From: Deltaproteobacteria bacterium
Lineage (GTDB): Bacteria; Myxococcota_A; UBA9160; SMWR01
Length of the DNA: 33,669 nt
NCBI GenBank assembly: GCA_032128375.1
Contig: JAQBGU010000111.1
Span: 1 to 33,669 of the forward strand
Direction: 5' to 3'
Positions within the stretch are counted from its first letter, which is position 1, and the number at the start of each line of letters is the position of its first letter. The notes beneath the pieces were generated by a model. The model was not told where the DNA came from and did not search any database. It worked only from the letters and a program-made list of their open reading frames with translations. This document shows positions 8,455-18,729 of the stretch, piece after piece. Made by a program: the position numbers and the translations under genes.

Positions 8455-10311
8455 ATGCCGACGACTGCGACGCTCGAAGACGCGCGCGAACTCTTGGGTG
8501 AGGTCTTCGGCCACCCGGATTTTCGACCCGGCCAGGCGGATGCGGTCGCCGCCGCGATCTCCGGTCGAGACGCCATCGTGTTGCTGCCCACCGGTTTGGG
8601 CAAGTCGCTCTGCTACCAGGTGCCTGCGCTGCTGGCGAGCCGCGCCGGCCGCGGAACCACGATTGTCACCTCACCGCTGATTGCGCTGATGAACGACCAG
8701 GTCGGCGCGTTGTCCGCGCGCGGAGTCCGCGCGGCGGCGCTGCACAGCCACCAGGGGGAGGCCGAACAACGAGAAGCGGTCGCGTCGTTCCTGCGCGGAG
8801 AGCTGGCGCTTCTCTACGTTTCCCCCGAGCGCGCGGCGAAGTCGAGCTTCCGGCGGATGCTCTCGCGCGTGCGGATCGCGCTAGTCGCAATCGACGAGGC
8901 CCATTGCGTCAGCCAGTGGGGACACGACTTCCGGCCCGACTACCTGCTCCTCCACGAACTGCGCGAGATCGTGGCCGCGCCGATGATCGCGCTCACCGCA
9001 ACCGCCACCCAGGCCGTGATGGCAGAAATCAAAAGCCGGCTCGGTCTGCGCGATGCCATCTACGTGAGTTCGGATCTGGGCCGACCGAATCTGAGCTTCG
9101 GCGTTCGCGCGCTGCGCTCGCAAGCGGAACGCCTTGATTGCCTGATGTCAGAACTCGAGACGGCCGGCCTACGGGGCTCCCGCGGCGCCGGTCGCTGCAT
9201 TGTGTATTGCAGCACGCGCAAGACGACCGACAGCGTGTCGAAGGCCCTGCGGTCGGGCGGGATCGCCGCGGGCCACTACCACGCGGGCCGCACCAAGATC
9301 GCACGCGAGCTTGCCCAGAATGCCTTCGAGGTGGGTCGCACCCGCGTACTCGTCGCAACGAACGCCTTCGGAATGGGGATCGATATCCCGGACATCCGGC
9401 TCATCGTTCACTTCCAGGCCCCGGGTAGCGTCGAGGCGTACTACCAGGAGGCGGGTCGCGCCGGGCGGGATGGCGAACCCGCGCGCTGTTTGATGTTCTT
9501 CGGACTCGCCGACTTGATGACGCAGCGCCGGCTTGCAGCCACCAGCGCCGCCAGTGCGCGCCGCAGCGACGACGCGCTGGCTGCACTCGAGCGTTATGCC
9601 ACGCGATCTCAATGTCGACAGCAGTTTCTGGTGGATCACTTTACCGCGAACGATGCTGCGCCCGCTTGTGGCCGCTGCGACGTCTGCAGCGATTCCGTCG
9701 CCGAAAGCAGCCTCCCCGCGCGTGCCGCGCCAGCGCCGATCGAAGAACTTTCAGCTGAAGCGCTGGCGCTGATCGTCTCCGCGGTCGACCGCCTGGGGCG
9801 TCCGGTGGGCAAAGGAAACCTCGCGAAGGCACTTCGCGGCAGCCGCGCGAAAACGCTCTCGCGCGGCGGACTGCTGAGGCTGCCCGAGTACGGGAAGCTC
9901 GAGGCGTACACAGAAGCATCGATCGCAGCGGCGGTGGATACGATGCTGGCCGATGGCCGGCTCGCGCGCACCGGCCGCAAGTACCCCACGGTCTGGATCC
10001 CCGGCAAGCCCGTACGCACGGCAAGAACGGCCGACGCATCGAAGAGCACACGTGCCAACGCGCAGCGCTCACGCCGTGATGGCGGCGCCATCGCCCGCGA
10101 ACTCGACAACTACCGCCGGCGAAAGGCTCGCGCTCTCAAATGGAAGACCTACATGGTCTTCCAGCGCAATGTGCTACTCGCCGTCGATCGCGAGCAACCC
10201 GACTCACACGAAGCACTCGCACGCATCCCCGGTCTCGGCTTCGCAAAAATCGAACGCTTCGGCGACGACATCCTCGAGATCGTGCGACGCCACGGCGATC
10301 GCCGCAGCTGA
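8455..10311 (+). CDS. recQ: ATP-dependent DNA helicase RecQ (helicase core, Zn/RQC, HRDC)
   Basis: LPTGLGKSLCYQ, DEAHCVSQWGHDFRPDY, ALTATAT, ATNAFGMGID, YYQEAGRAGRDG, CR...CGRCDVC; the C-terminal HRDC reads LARIPGLGFAKIERFGDDIL. Confidence 0.95.
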   Translation: MPTTATLEDARELLGEVFGHPDFRPGQADAVAAAISGRDAIVLLPTGLGKSLCYQVPALLASRAGRGTTIVTSPLIALMNDQVGALSARGVRAAALHSHQGEAEQREAVASFLRGELALLYVSPERAAKSSFRRMLSRVRIALVAIDEAHCVSQWGHDFRPDYLLLHELREIVAAPMIALTATATQAVMAEIKSRLGLRDAIYVSSDLGRPNLSFGVRALRSQAERLDCLMSELETAGLRGSRGAGRCIVYCSTRKTTDSVSKALRSGGIAAGHYHAGRTKIARELAQNAFEVGRTRVLVATNAFGMGIDIPDIRLIVHFQAPGSVEAYYQEAGRAGRDGEPARCLMFFGLADLMTQRRLAATSAASARRSDDALAALERYATRSQCRQQFLVDHFTANDAAPACGRCDVCSDSVAESSLPARAAPAPIEELSAEALALIVSAVDRLGRPVGKGNLAKALRGSRAKTLSRGGLLRLPEYGKLEAYTEASIAAAVDTMLADGRLARTGRKYPTVWIPGKPVRTARTADASKSTRANAQRSRRDGGAIARELDNYRRRKARALKWKTYMVFQRNVLLAVDREQPDSHEALARIPGLGFAKIERFGDDILEIVRRHGDRRS

Positions 10312-10362
10312 CCCTCATACCGATCCAGAAGACTGCGATTTCGTTCCCGCGCCCGACCGCTG

Positions 10363-11439
10363 CTAGAGCGGTTCGATCGGAACCACTTTCTGTTCTTCGT
10401 CGCCCTTGAACTGCAGAGCTTCCCAACAGCCGGTGTCTTTCAGAATCGGCTCCACGCATTCGCGTTCCGCGGAATCGAGAGCCGCCATCTCTTGTTTCAA
10501 CGACAGGAAGGTCTTGACGCGGTAGTGGACGCCGTTCGCAGCGCCTTTCAGATGATCGGTTCCGGCTCCGGCAACCAACCGCTCCGCCATCGGCAGATAG
10601 AACTCTGCGGTGTAGCGAAGGAATGCCGCGAAGTGATCCGTGAGGACCTCTTCTGGGGCGAACCAATCGCCCTCGATACCGGAGAGGTCGTCCACCAGGT
10701 GCGTCCACTGGTAGGTGCGCACCGCCGATGCTTTCATCTGGTTGCAAACGCCGGGGTCTACGGCGTATTGTGTCAGCTGGCCGTAGATCCCGAAGTCGGC
10801 GAGTGATGGGCGGGTTCCGAAAAGGAACAGCTCATGCCGGAGCTGCTCTTCCATGACGACCAGGAACCGATCGTAGGCGCGTTGCATGGACTCGCGCTGC
10901 GATGCGTCTGACACCCGTTTGAGCTGACCGAATTGTCGATCGAGAAAGGCCTGCGCTCGTTCGCCCAAATCGTCGTCGGAAATCGCCCCCATCCACCCGA
11001 ACATCTGGCGGCGGCTGCACCAGACCTGATCATCGGTCCAGCGAAAATGGAACATCGGAATCGGTAGGAACTCGTCCGCCATGTCTTCGATCAGGTGACA
11101 CAGAAACGCGAGTCCTCGATTGGGCGGAATCACCGAGCGGCCTTCGTGCAGGCGTTCGAGTTCGAAGATGATGGGCGTCGAGTCGGCTTTGTATTCGCCA
11201 CCCGGGTACTTCACGACCGGGACGACGCCCTTGCCTGCCTTGGCCAGATCGTTGGTGCCGGCGTCACGCTGATCATTTCCCTGATCACTACCCCGATCAC
11301 TACCCAGGGCCCCACCACCACTGAACCCGCCCTGCGGGACCTTCCAGGTGTGAGGAATGCGTCGGTAGCGGAAGACACTGCGGAGCTTGTGCGAATAGGG
11401 CGAGCCAGGGCCGCCAAAGATCTGATAGACGTCAGTCAC
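10363..11439 (-). CDS. Glutathione S-transferase-like protein
   Basis: GSPYSHKLRSVFRYRRIPH, VPVV, DSTPII and FLFGTRPSLADFGIYGQL motifs; GTG start. Confidence 0.85.
   Translation of the reverse strand: MTDVYQIFGGPGSPYSHKLRSVFRYRRIPHTWKVPQGGFSGGGALGSDRGSDQGNDQRDAGTNDLAKAGKGVVPVVKYPGGEYKADSTPIIFELERLHEGRSVIPPNRGLAFLCHLIEDMADEFLPIPMFHFRWTDDQVWCSRRQMFGWMGAISDDDLGERAQAFLDRQFGQLKRVSDASQRESMQRAYDRFLVVMEEQLRHELFLFGTRPSLADFGIYGQLTQYAVDPGVCNQMKASAVRTYQWTHLVDDLSGIEGDWFAPEEVLTDHFAAFLRYTAEFYLPMAERLVAGAGTDHLKGAANGVHYRVKTFLSLKQEMAALDSAERECVEPILKDTGCWEALQFKGDEEQKVVPIEPL
11269..11304 (+). repeat. In-frame 12-bp tandem repeat x3 inside the GST-like gene (GSDR-GSDQ-GNDQ)
   Basis: ctgatcatttcc / ctgatcactacc / ccgatcactacc. 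Confidence 0.85.
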
Positions 11440-11479
11440 GCTTGATCCCTACTCATGCTGACGAATTTCTCGCCAGCCA

Positions 11480-12379
11480 TCAACGCAGAGGCCCGGCCAC
11501 CTGTTCGATGAACTGGTCGAGAGTGGCGAGTTTCTGCGGCATCGGCCCGAGCGTGAAGTCGGGCACGATCAGTTCATCGACGCCAGCCTCTCGATACGAC
11601 TGTACGATCTCCCGCACCTCGTCCGCGTTGCCCACGATGGTCGGCCGACCGATGTCGCGGCCCCGCATCTTCTCGACGAACGCGGCATCATCGGAAAGGA
11701 ACAGCAAGGCGACCGCCGAGCGCTGAATCGCCGCGGGGTCGCGCCCCACGCTTTCACAATGCCGGTCGAGGATTTTGATCTTTTGCCGAAGCTTTTCGAC
11801 GTCGCCCCACACATTCCACTCGTCAGCCCAGCGCGCGGTGATACGCAGCGTCACCTTCTCACCACCGCCCCCGATCAGCAAAGGCAGCTGCCCGAGCGGC
11901 TTCGGCTCGAGCGACGCCTCCTTCAGCTGGTAGAACTTGCCATCGAAGCTGACGCTTTTTTCTCGGTACAGACCTTTGATTACCTGGCATGCCTCGTCGA
12001 GTCGCGCGAGGCGCTCAGCGATCGTGTAGAAGGGCACTCCATACTGTCGGTGCTCGTTCTCCTGCCAGCCGGCTCCCAGTCCGAGCACGACGCGGCCGTG
12101 GCTGATGTGGTCGACGGTGGCCGCCATTTTCGCGAGGACCGCCGGATGGCGATAGGTGTTTCCGGTCACGAGCGTGCCGAGACGGATGCGCGGGACCGAG
12201 GCCGCCACCGCGGCCAGTGTTGTCCACGCCTCGGGCCAGGGCGCACTCGTATCGTCGGCGTCTGGCATGAAGTGGTCCGCGTACCACAGGCCGTCCCATC
12301 CGGTCGATTCGGCGTGCCGGGCGATCTCGAGAATCTCTTCGAACGATTGTGTCGGGCTGGGCCAGACGCTGAATCGCAT
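11480..12379 (-). CDS. LLM class oxidoreductase, probably F420-dependent
   Basis: WYADHFMP, LGTLVTGNTYRHPAVLAKMAATVDHISHGRVVLGLGAGWQENEH and LLIGGGGEKVTLRITARWADEWN motifs; AAGGAG RBS. Confidence 0.9.
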   Translation of the reverse strand: MRFSVWPSPTQSFEEILEIARHAESTGWDGLWYADHFMPDADDTSAPWPEAWTTLAAVAASVPRIRLGTLVTGNTYRHPAVLAKMAATVDHISHGRVVLGLGAGWQENEHRQYGVPFYTIAERLARLDEACQVIKGLYREKSVSFDGKFYQLKEASLEPKPLGQLPLLIGGGGEKVTLRITARWADEWNVWGDVEKLRQKIKILDRHCESVGRDPAAIQRSAVALLFLSDDAAFVEKMRGRDIGRPTIVGNADEVREIVQSYREAGVDELIVPDFTLGPMPQKLATLDQFIEQVAGPLR

Positions 12380-12479
12380 GGGCGTGCTCCTTGGCTCGGG
12401 TAGAGGACGGGTAGAGGCCAGCTACTCGTCGTCGATCATAGTCCGTCCGGCTGCGACAGACGACGGCGCGCCGTTCGGT

Positions 12480-12918
12480 CTACGGCACCATCAAACGCGC
12501 AACGAAGTCGGCGTGGGCCTCGACGGCTTGTCGTTTGCCGGGATCGATTCCCGTCACGCGGCGGCACGCGGGTGCAACGGCGAAGATCAACGAAGCAGCA
12601 CCGGTCAGTGCGTAGAAGGCGTGAGCCGCGTCGGCCTCTTCGATGCCGGCCGCGCGAAGCATGCCTTCACTCTTCATGTATGCGAAGCGCGGCTCGAGGT
12701 AGGTGTCTGCGAGCCAGCGCATTCTGGCGCTCGAGCGATTGCCCTCGGCGACCATGAAGCGGAAGAGTTCCGGATGTGCTGCCACGAAGCGTACATACTC
12801 GCGGATTACGCCCCGCGATCGTTCCTGCGGATCCTCGAACTCGAGCGAGGCGACGGCCTCGTCGAGCCGTTTCCCCAGCACCCCAAAGATTCGGTCGGCC
12901 GCTGCTCGCCAGACGGAC
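12480..12918 (-). pseudogene. TetR-family regulator C-terminal remnant (HTH missing)
   Basis: The remnant reads SVWRAAADRIF...YVRFVAAHPELFRFMVAEG...RMRWLADTYL...FYALTGAASLIF. It begins immediately after where the HTH end (YHFxSKxxLW) should be. Sequence upstream of ~12918 belongs to the opposite-strand gene. Confidence 0.75.
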
Positions 12919-13478
12919 CCCCTGGCAAGAACCGAATCGCACTGCTTGCGTCGTTTGCCGCGGCCCTCGGCGTCAAAGAGCGTGCCGTTGGAGTCATCGG
13001 GCATCTGGCGAATACCCGGCCACGAATGTTCCGGGTCGCATTCCTGCGCCACTCGCACATCCGCATCTACCTGCGCAACAGCTACCGCTCGCTCGGCGGG
13101 ATTCTGCCGATGATCAGCGCGTTGCTCGTCGCGCGCGGGGTCATGCAAGAGGACTCCGTGTCAGCGTCGCGTTTTCGCGCACTTGCGAACCTGCCTGAGG
13201 AGACGCTCGGCTACCAATTCTTTCGTCATTACACCGACGCGGGTCTGGCGTTCCCTGGCGAGAAGGGAGGGTTCATCAACCTGGCACCGTTTCCGATGCC
13301 GGTCCTGCTCGGGCGCATCGGTCAGGGAAACCTCGCGATGGAAGTTCTCCGTGGCCTGCAGCGCGGTGCGGCGATGAAGGTGGACCTCGGAAACAACTGG
13401 GACTTCTGGGAATACGTGGAGCTACCGATCGAGGTGGCTCGCGGGCGGCTGGGCATTCCGCCGCTGAGCCCTGCCTGA
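12912..13478 (+). pseudogene. Coq4-like protein remnant (5' truncated, apparent internal deletion near 13275)
   Basis: RFRALANLPEETLGYQFFRHY...FPGEKGGF is followed directly by the C-terminal RGAAMKVDLGNNWDFWEYVELPIEVARGRLGIPP. The HDxxH...E motif expected between them is absent, and there is no credible start. Confidence 0.65.
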
Positions 13479-13728
13479 AACACGCTCTGACCAGCCAACT
13501 CGGACCGCCGACGAACCGATTCGACGCGTGGACCGGCAGAACTTCGGCAGACGCCGTTGGTGACTCGACGATTTGGAGGTCATCGGACTTCTTGGCATGC
13601 TTAGCGATCGTCGCTCCGTCGTGGCTTCGTCACCCCCTCCAGAACACGAGCTGGGTGAATTGAGCCGCAGTCTCGAATACCCATATCAGCGAATACTGGG
13701 AGATCCCCCGATCCGCTGAGGAGATCCA

Positions 13729-14754
13729 ATGAAATTCGGAGTTTTGCAGTTCTTCAGTTGGCCCGGCAAGCGGATTCCACTCGAGGACGTGTACCAGCGA
13801 GCCTTCCAGCGCATCGACGTGATGGAGCAGACCGGCTACGACGCGGTGTGGCTCGCAGAGCATCACTTCAGCACGTACAGCATCTGCCCGTCGATCCACA
13901 TGATGGGGACGCACATCGCGGCGCGAACCGAGCGGCTGCGGATCGGAACCGCCGTGTCGCTGGCGCCGTTCTATCACCCACTGCGATTGGCCGAAGAGGT
14001 GGCGCTTCTCGACGTGTTGTCTGGCGGGCGCGTAAACTGGGGCGCAGGCCGTGGATTCGACCCGACCGAGCACCGCGCGTTCGGAGTGAGTCGAGAGCAA
14101 AGCTACCCACGCTTCCGCGAAACCGTCGAAGTCGTGCTGCAGGCGTGGCGCAACGAACGATTGACCCACCACGGCGAGTTCTTTGACTTCGACGATGTCG
14201 AAATACTCCCGAAGCCCGTTCAACAACCGCACCCACCCGTCTGGTTGGCGTCGTCGTCGCCTGAAGCCGTGGCCTGGTCGGCACAACACGGTTACTCGAT
14301 CCTGATGGACCCGCACGCGTCTCATGCCGATATCGCGACCAAGCGCGCGCTCTACCAAAAGGAACTCGAAGCGGCGGGTCACACGATGGCCGGCCGCGAG
14401 ATCCCGATGGCCCGCAACATCGCACTGGGCAAGACCGAACAGGAAGCCAAAGAGATCGCTCGCAACGGCGCGAAATTCATGTTCGGTTCCTACCTGCCGC
14501 CCGGCGTCGGCACGGTGCCACAGCCCGGGCACAAGACGATCCCGATCGAAGCGCGACCGCCCCTGGATGCGAGCCAGAGCGATGTGGTCGAGCGCTACGT
14601 CAACGACGTCGTCATCTGTGGTACTCCAGAAAAGGTCATCGACGACCTTAAGAAGATGGAAGAAACGCTGCCGCTCGACTACCTGATGTGTGCACCGCTG
14701 AGCCACTCGTCGTTCGAGCTGTTCACCGAGAAGGTGATGCCACGCTTCCTGTAG
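13729..14754 (+). CDS. LLM class flavin-dependent oxidoreductase (luciferase-like monooxygenase)
   Basis: MKFG, VWLAEHHF, HPLRLAEEVALLDVLSGGRVNWGAGRG and PKPVQQPHPPVW motifs; GAGGAG RBS. Confidence 0.92.
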   Translation: MKFGVLQFFSWPGKRIPLEDVYQRAFQRIDVMEQTGYDAVWLAEHHFSTYSICPSIHMMGTHIAARTERLRIGTAVSLAPFYHPLRLAEEVALLDVLSGGRVNWGAGRGFDPTEHRAFGVSREQSYPRFRETVEVVLQAWRNERLTHHGEFFDFDDVEILPKPVQQPHPPVWLASSSPEAVAWSAQHGYSILMDPHASHADIATKRALYQKELEAAGHTMAGREIPMARNIALGKTEQEAKEIARNGAKFMFGSYLPPGVGTVPQPGHKTIPIEARPPLDASQSDVVERYVNDVVICGTPEKVIDDLKKMEETLPLDYLMCAPLSHSSFELFTEKVMPRFL

Positions 14755-14805
14755 ATGCTGCTACATGAAACAGTCTGCCAACGACGTGCATTCGAGGAGA
14801 TCAAC

Positions 14806-15804
14806 ATGAGCCATTTTGGCGAAACCACGACCACGGACGAGGTCCTCGAGGGGATCGACCTGCTCGGCAAGCGAGTCGTCATCACCGGCTCGTCGAGCGG
14901 TCTCGGTGAACAAAGCGCGCGCGCCATGAGTGCGAAGGGGGCTTGCGTCACGATGGCCGCCCGCAACCCAGTGAAAAACGAGGCAGCGGCGGCGCGAATC
15001 CGCGAGAACGTACCCACAGCCGACCTCGAGTTGCGCAGTCTCGACTTGACCCATCTGGCCAGCGTGCGCGCATTCGCCAAGGACTTCCTCGGTGACCACG
15101 ACCGGATCGATATCTTGCTGAACAACGCCGGCGTGATGGTCTGCCCCTTCGGGACCACCGCCGACGGGTTCGAGATGCAGATCGGCACCAACCACATCGG
15201 CCACTTTCTGCTCACGGGTCTGCTTGCGCCCGCACTCCTCGCAGCGCCCGCTGCGCGTGTCGTCGCACTCTCATCGGGGGCGCACGGCATTTCGGATATC
15301 GACTACGAAGATCCGATGTTCGAGCGGCGCGACTACAACCCGTGGGTCGCCTATGGCCAATCCAAGACCGCCAATGCGCTGTTCGCACTGGAACTCGACC
15401 GTCGACTGCGGGACCGGGGCGTCAATGCGTTCGCCGTGCATCCTGGTGTCATCATGACTGAACTCGCACGCCACATGACTCCAGAGGTGATGGCGCAAAT
15501 GAGCGCACATGTGCGGGACAATGCGGGATCCGGCGATGCCGAAAGCCCGGGCGCAAACGAAATCCCGGCGATGACATTCAAGCCGGTAGAAGCCGGCGCC
15601 GCGACACAGGTCTGGGCCGCCACTGCGCCCGAACTGGCTGAACACGGGGGTGCGTACCTCGGCGACTGCCAGCTGGGGATCGAAGGCGGCGACATGCGCG
15701 GCCGCGGCGTCGAGGCGTACGCCCGCGACCCCGAGTCGGCGGCCCGGCTATGGACGGTCAGCGAGGGCTGGGTCGGCCAGGGCTTCGACTTCGGATCGAA
15801 GTGA
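14806..15804 (+). CDS. Short-chain dehydrogenase/reductase (retinol dehydrogenase/WWOX-like)
   Basis: TGSSSGLG, NNAGVM, TNHIGHFLLT, YGQSK and VHPGVI motifs. GAGGAG RBS precedes ATG 14806. Confidence 0.92.
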   Translation: MSHFGETTTTDEVLEGIDLLGKRVVITGSSSGLGEQSARAMSAKGACVTMAARNPVKNEAAAARIRENVPTADLELRSLDLTHLASVRAFAKDFLGDHDRIDILLNNAGVMVCPFGTTADGFEMQIGTNHIGHFLLTGLLAPALLAAPAARVVALSSGAHGISDIDYEDPMFERRDYNPWVAYGQSKTANALFALELDRRLRDRGVNAFAVHPGVIMTELARHMTPEVMAQMSAHVRDNAGSGDAESPGANEIPAMTFKPVEAGAATQVWAATAPELAEHGGAYLGDCQLGIEGGDMRGRGVEAYARDPESAARLWTVSEGWVGQGFDFGSK

Positions 15805-15871
15805 ACGAAGTTTCGCCTCGAGGTGGGCGCGATCCACGGGGCAAGCTCCAACCGGACTTCGACTCGCCGAC

Positions 15872-17271
15872 TCAATCGAAACGCAATACGTGTCGGTAGA
15901 TTCGCGTCTCAGCGCGCTGGCCTTCGATCCAGCGCGGATCGGCGCCGTCGATGGGGCTGCTGTAGTTGTAGATAATTCGTTCGTCGGGCCTCTCTCCGGG
16001 TAGCACGGCCGGGAAGCAAGTGTCTCGGCGCGAAGGCAAATCGAGCACGAACGCGAGGCTCCGGCCGTCCGGCTCGAAACGCCACAGCGCGCAGCGTTTG
16101 CGCGACGTGCTGTAGTTCAACTGGTTCCAGATCGAGCGCAGCCCGCGCCCCGGACCGGTGGCCGGGCCGATCCCCCGGTCGTAGCGACCGTCGCCGCGCA
16201 GGTTGCGCCGAGCGACCGCGTAGACGACACCGTCGTGCGCGAACACGAATGGCGAGTCGTACTTCAGCGGGTCCGACCGGCAGCTCCAGCGAGCGGGGAA
16301 CTCCGCAGCCGCCGTGCACACCCGAGACCCCCAGCCGCGTTCGTCGCCCGCTTCGGCCCGAATCACACCCCACTACCCGCCTGCGCGAAATCGGCCTCCC
16401 CACCGCCACCGACGTACACCGCACCGTGTTCTGGGTCCCACAGCCGCCAATCGCGCCCGTCGTCGCTGCGAAGCAGGTCGATGCGTTGCTGCGGTTCGCC
16501 AAATTCGTAGGTCATCTCGCCGCCGCGATAGGCGAACATCGCCGGAAATCCGGCGACACGGCGCGCGCGCCAGCCGATCATTCCTTCGAGACCGAACGCT
16601 TCGAGCTCCGACCAGGTACCGCCCGACGACCGAACGCTCATCGACGTGCCTTGCGGCTCGAACGCAAAGGCATTGCGGCCCAAACGCGACACATACAAGA
16701 GTATCTCGTCGTCGATCGAAAGCAGACGCGGTTCCCGCAGGTCCGTCCCGAGCGCAAGCGAGTGCTCGAACGTCCACTGGCGCTCGTCTCGGCTGCGCAA
16801 GACCACGATTCTCGCCTCGGGGCTCGCAAAGTGATGCGGCGCGGTGCGAAACGCCAGGTAGACCAAGCCATCGGTGTGCCGTACGGCATCCAGGTTGTTG
16901 TTCGCGGCCCCGAGTTCGAGGCCGCGCGGCAGATGCGTGCTCGGGATGACTTGCCGCGTCTCGACGATGCTCAGGCGCTGCGGGCCGGGTGGGGTCGAGA
17001 CGGCCACCTCGGCTTCCGGCCACAGCAAGATGCCCACGATCGAGACGACCGCTGCGAGTAGACCCGCGATCACTTGAAATAGGAAGCGCACGGACTGCCG
17101 TAACGTAGGGGCTCTGGAGCCGGACTTCACGAAATCGCGAACGGGACTCTCCGCACCGGCTCTCCCACGCGACTCTCTACCAGGCTCTCCACGCGGCTCG
17201 CCAGCCGGCTCTCCACGCCACTCGCCAGCCGGCTCTCCACGCCACTCTCCAGTCGGCTCTCCAGCCGGCAC
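15872..17271 (-). pseudogene. Membrane-anchored Asp-box (BNR/sialidase-like) beta-propeller protein, split by a frameshift at ~16366
   Basis: An N-terminal TM helix (FLFQVIAGLLAAVVSIVGILLW) and Asp-boxes (LRSRDERQW, LRSDDGRDW) lie in ORF 16363-17271. A blade-like sequence continues in another frame (GVIRAEAGD...KYDSP...DTCFP...YNYSSP) in 15872-16366. The start could be GTG 17271 or ~17130. Confidence 0.65.
17158..17265 (+). repeat. 12-bp tandem array (~9 units, with higher-order 24-bp period)
   Basis: Units such as cggctctccacg, ccactcgccagc and cggctcgccagc are contiguous with no spacers; they would encode (G-E-P/W-x)n on the minus strand. Confidence 0.9.
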
Positions 17272-17280
17272 CCCAACCGA

Positions 17281-18729
17281 CTACAGGATCAGTTCGTGCT
17301 GCGGTGCGCTCGGGCGCAGACTGGGAGCCGGGGTCACCACCGCCCGTTCGCGGGCGAGTTCAGCCAGCGACGCGTCGGCCGCCTTGTGCCATCTGTTGCC
17401 GCGCAGCCGAAACCAGAAGACCCCGGTCGTCAAGAAGACGTCGAGGCATAGACCGATCCAACCACCGAGAGCGCCCAAACCGTAGTGGTAGGCGAACAAC
17501 CAGGTCAACGGAGGCGTCATCATCCAGGAAAGCACGATTCCAGCCCACGCGCAGAACCGCACGTCTCCGGTACCACGCAGAACGCTTCGCGACACGATGT
17601 TGATCCCGTCAGCCACCTGGAATGCTGCCGCGACGTAGAGCAACCGGGTGCCGAGGGACAGCAACTCCGGTTCCGACGTAAAGCCACTGAGGATGGTCGA
17701 ACCGAACGCGAAGAACACGACCATGGCCAAACACGCATAGGCGATTGTCGGAACCAATGCCGCACGGGTGATCGAGCGAATGAGATCCCGCCGATGCGCG
17801 CCGATCGCCTGGCCGGCCAACACCGTCGCGGCTTCCCCCAGCGCCATGCAGGGCAGGAAGCCGAAATGCAGCACCTGAATCGCGATCTGGTTGGCGGCGC
17901 CATCGAGTTCGGAGAGGTGATTGAGCATGATCACCATCGTCGCGAACGAGCCCATCTCGAGCGCGAATTGAATGCCACTGGGTAGACCGAGCCGCCAGAC
18001 GCCTGCGAGATGATGGCGGGTCGCTTCACCAAGCCCCAGCCCGTCGCGCGCTTGCACCGCACACATCGCCAGACATCCGAGGACGCCAGCCACCAGTGTT
18101 CCATACCCCGCACCCGCGACTCCCATATCGAGCACGAAAATGAACAGGTAATTCAGCGCGACGTTGGCCACGTTGGCGAACACATTGACGCGCATCGGCG
18201 ACTGCGAATCGCCGTTTGCGAAACGCGACTGCTCGATTGCGATCCGGATCAAGCCGGGAAGCGCACCGATTGCCAAGATCGACAGGTAGGTACGACTGGC
18301 CTCACCCGCCGCTTCCGATGCGGAAACCATCGGCAGCATCACCGCAACCGCGAGTGCGATGGGGGTAGCCAGCGCGGCCATCACGATGGCCAGCCAGATG
18401 CCAGAACCCAGGTACGCCTGCACACTATCGCGTTGGCCGGCCCCCACCGATTGCGAGATCAAGATCTTCACGCCGCCGAGCAGGCCGATCGGAAAGCAGA
18501 TCACAATGAAGTTGATGATGCCGCCCAGCCCTACCCCGGCCAGCGCGTAGCTCCCGAGCCGGCTGACCATCAATGTGTCGACCAGCGTCATCACGCTGGC
18601 AGACAGCATCGAAACGATGATCGGCCAGCCCAGCCGAACCAGCTCTGGCATTGGGTGATCTGCCCAAGCCAGTCGGCTGACGGAATGACCTGTGTAGGGG
18701 GCAGCTGAGTGGCTGGATGACTCTTGCAC
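17281..18729 (-). CDS. MATE family efflux transporter (NorM-like)
   Basis: LVRLGWPIIVSML...VDTLMVSRLG...ISQSVGAG, GVAGAGYGT, LGLPSG, FQVADG..VLRGTGD; ~12 hydrophobic segments. Start uncertain (GTG 18729 or ATG 18651). Confidence 0.9.
   Translation of the reverse strand: MQESSSHSAAPYTGHSVSRLAWADHPMPELVRLGWPIIVSMLSASVMTLVDTLMVSRLGSYALAGVGLGGIINFIVICFPIGLLGGVKILISQSVGAGQRDSVQAYLGSGIWLAIVMAALATPIALAVAVMLPMVSASEAAGEASRTYLSILAIGALPGLIRIAIEQSRFANGDSQSPMRVNVFANVANVALNYLFIFVLDMGVAGAGYGTLVAGVLGCLAMCAVQARDGLGLGEATRHHLAGVWRLGLPSGIQFALEMGSFATMVIMLNHLSELDGAANQIAIQVLHFGFLPCMALGEAATVLAGQAIGAHRRDLIRSITRAALVPTIAYACLAMVVFFAFGSTILSGFTSEPELLSLGTRLLYVAAAFQVADGINIVSRSVLRGTGDVRFCAWAGIVLSWMMTPPLTWLFAYHYGLGALGGWIGLCLDVFLTTGVFWFRLRGNRWHKAADASLAELARERAVVTPAPSLRPSAPQHELIL

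Noticed and set aside
12156..13478. 440-aa plus-strand ORF (and 222-aa minus-strand ORF 12480-13148) as intact genes
   Set aside because: Their N-terminal parts are antisense shadows of neighbouring genes; only the segments beyond the ~12915 junction look protein-like.
16363..16365. Second selenocysteine TGA
   Set aside because: The homology-like continuation is in a different frame, and there is no redox motif or convincing SECIS.
17158..17265. CRISPR array
   Set aside because: Contiguous 12-bp units with no unique spacers and no cas genes.
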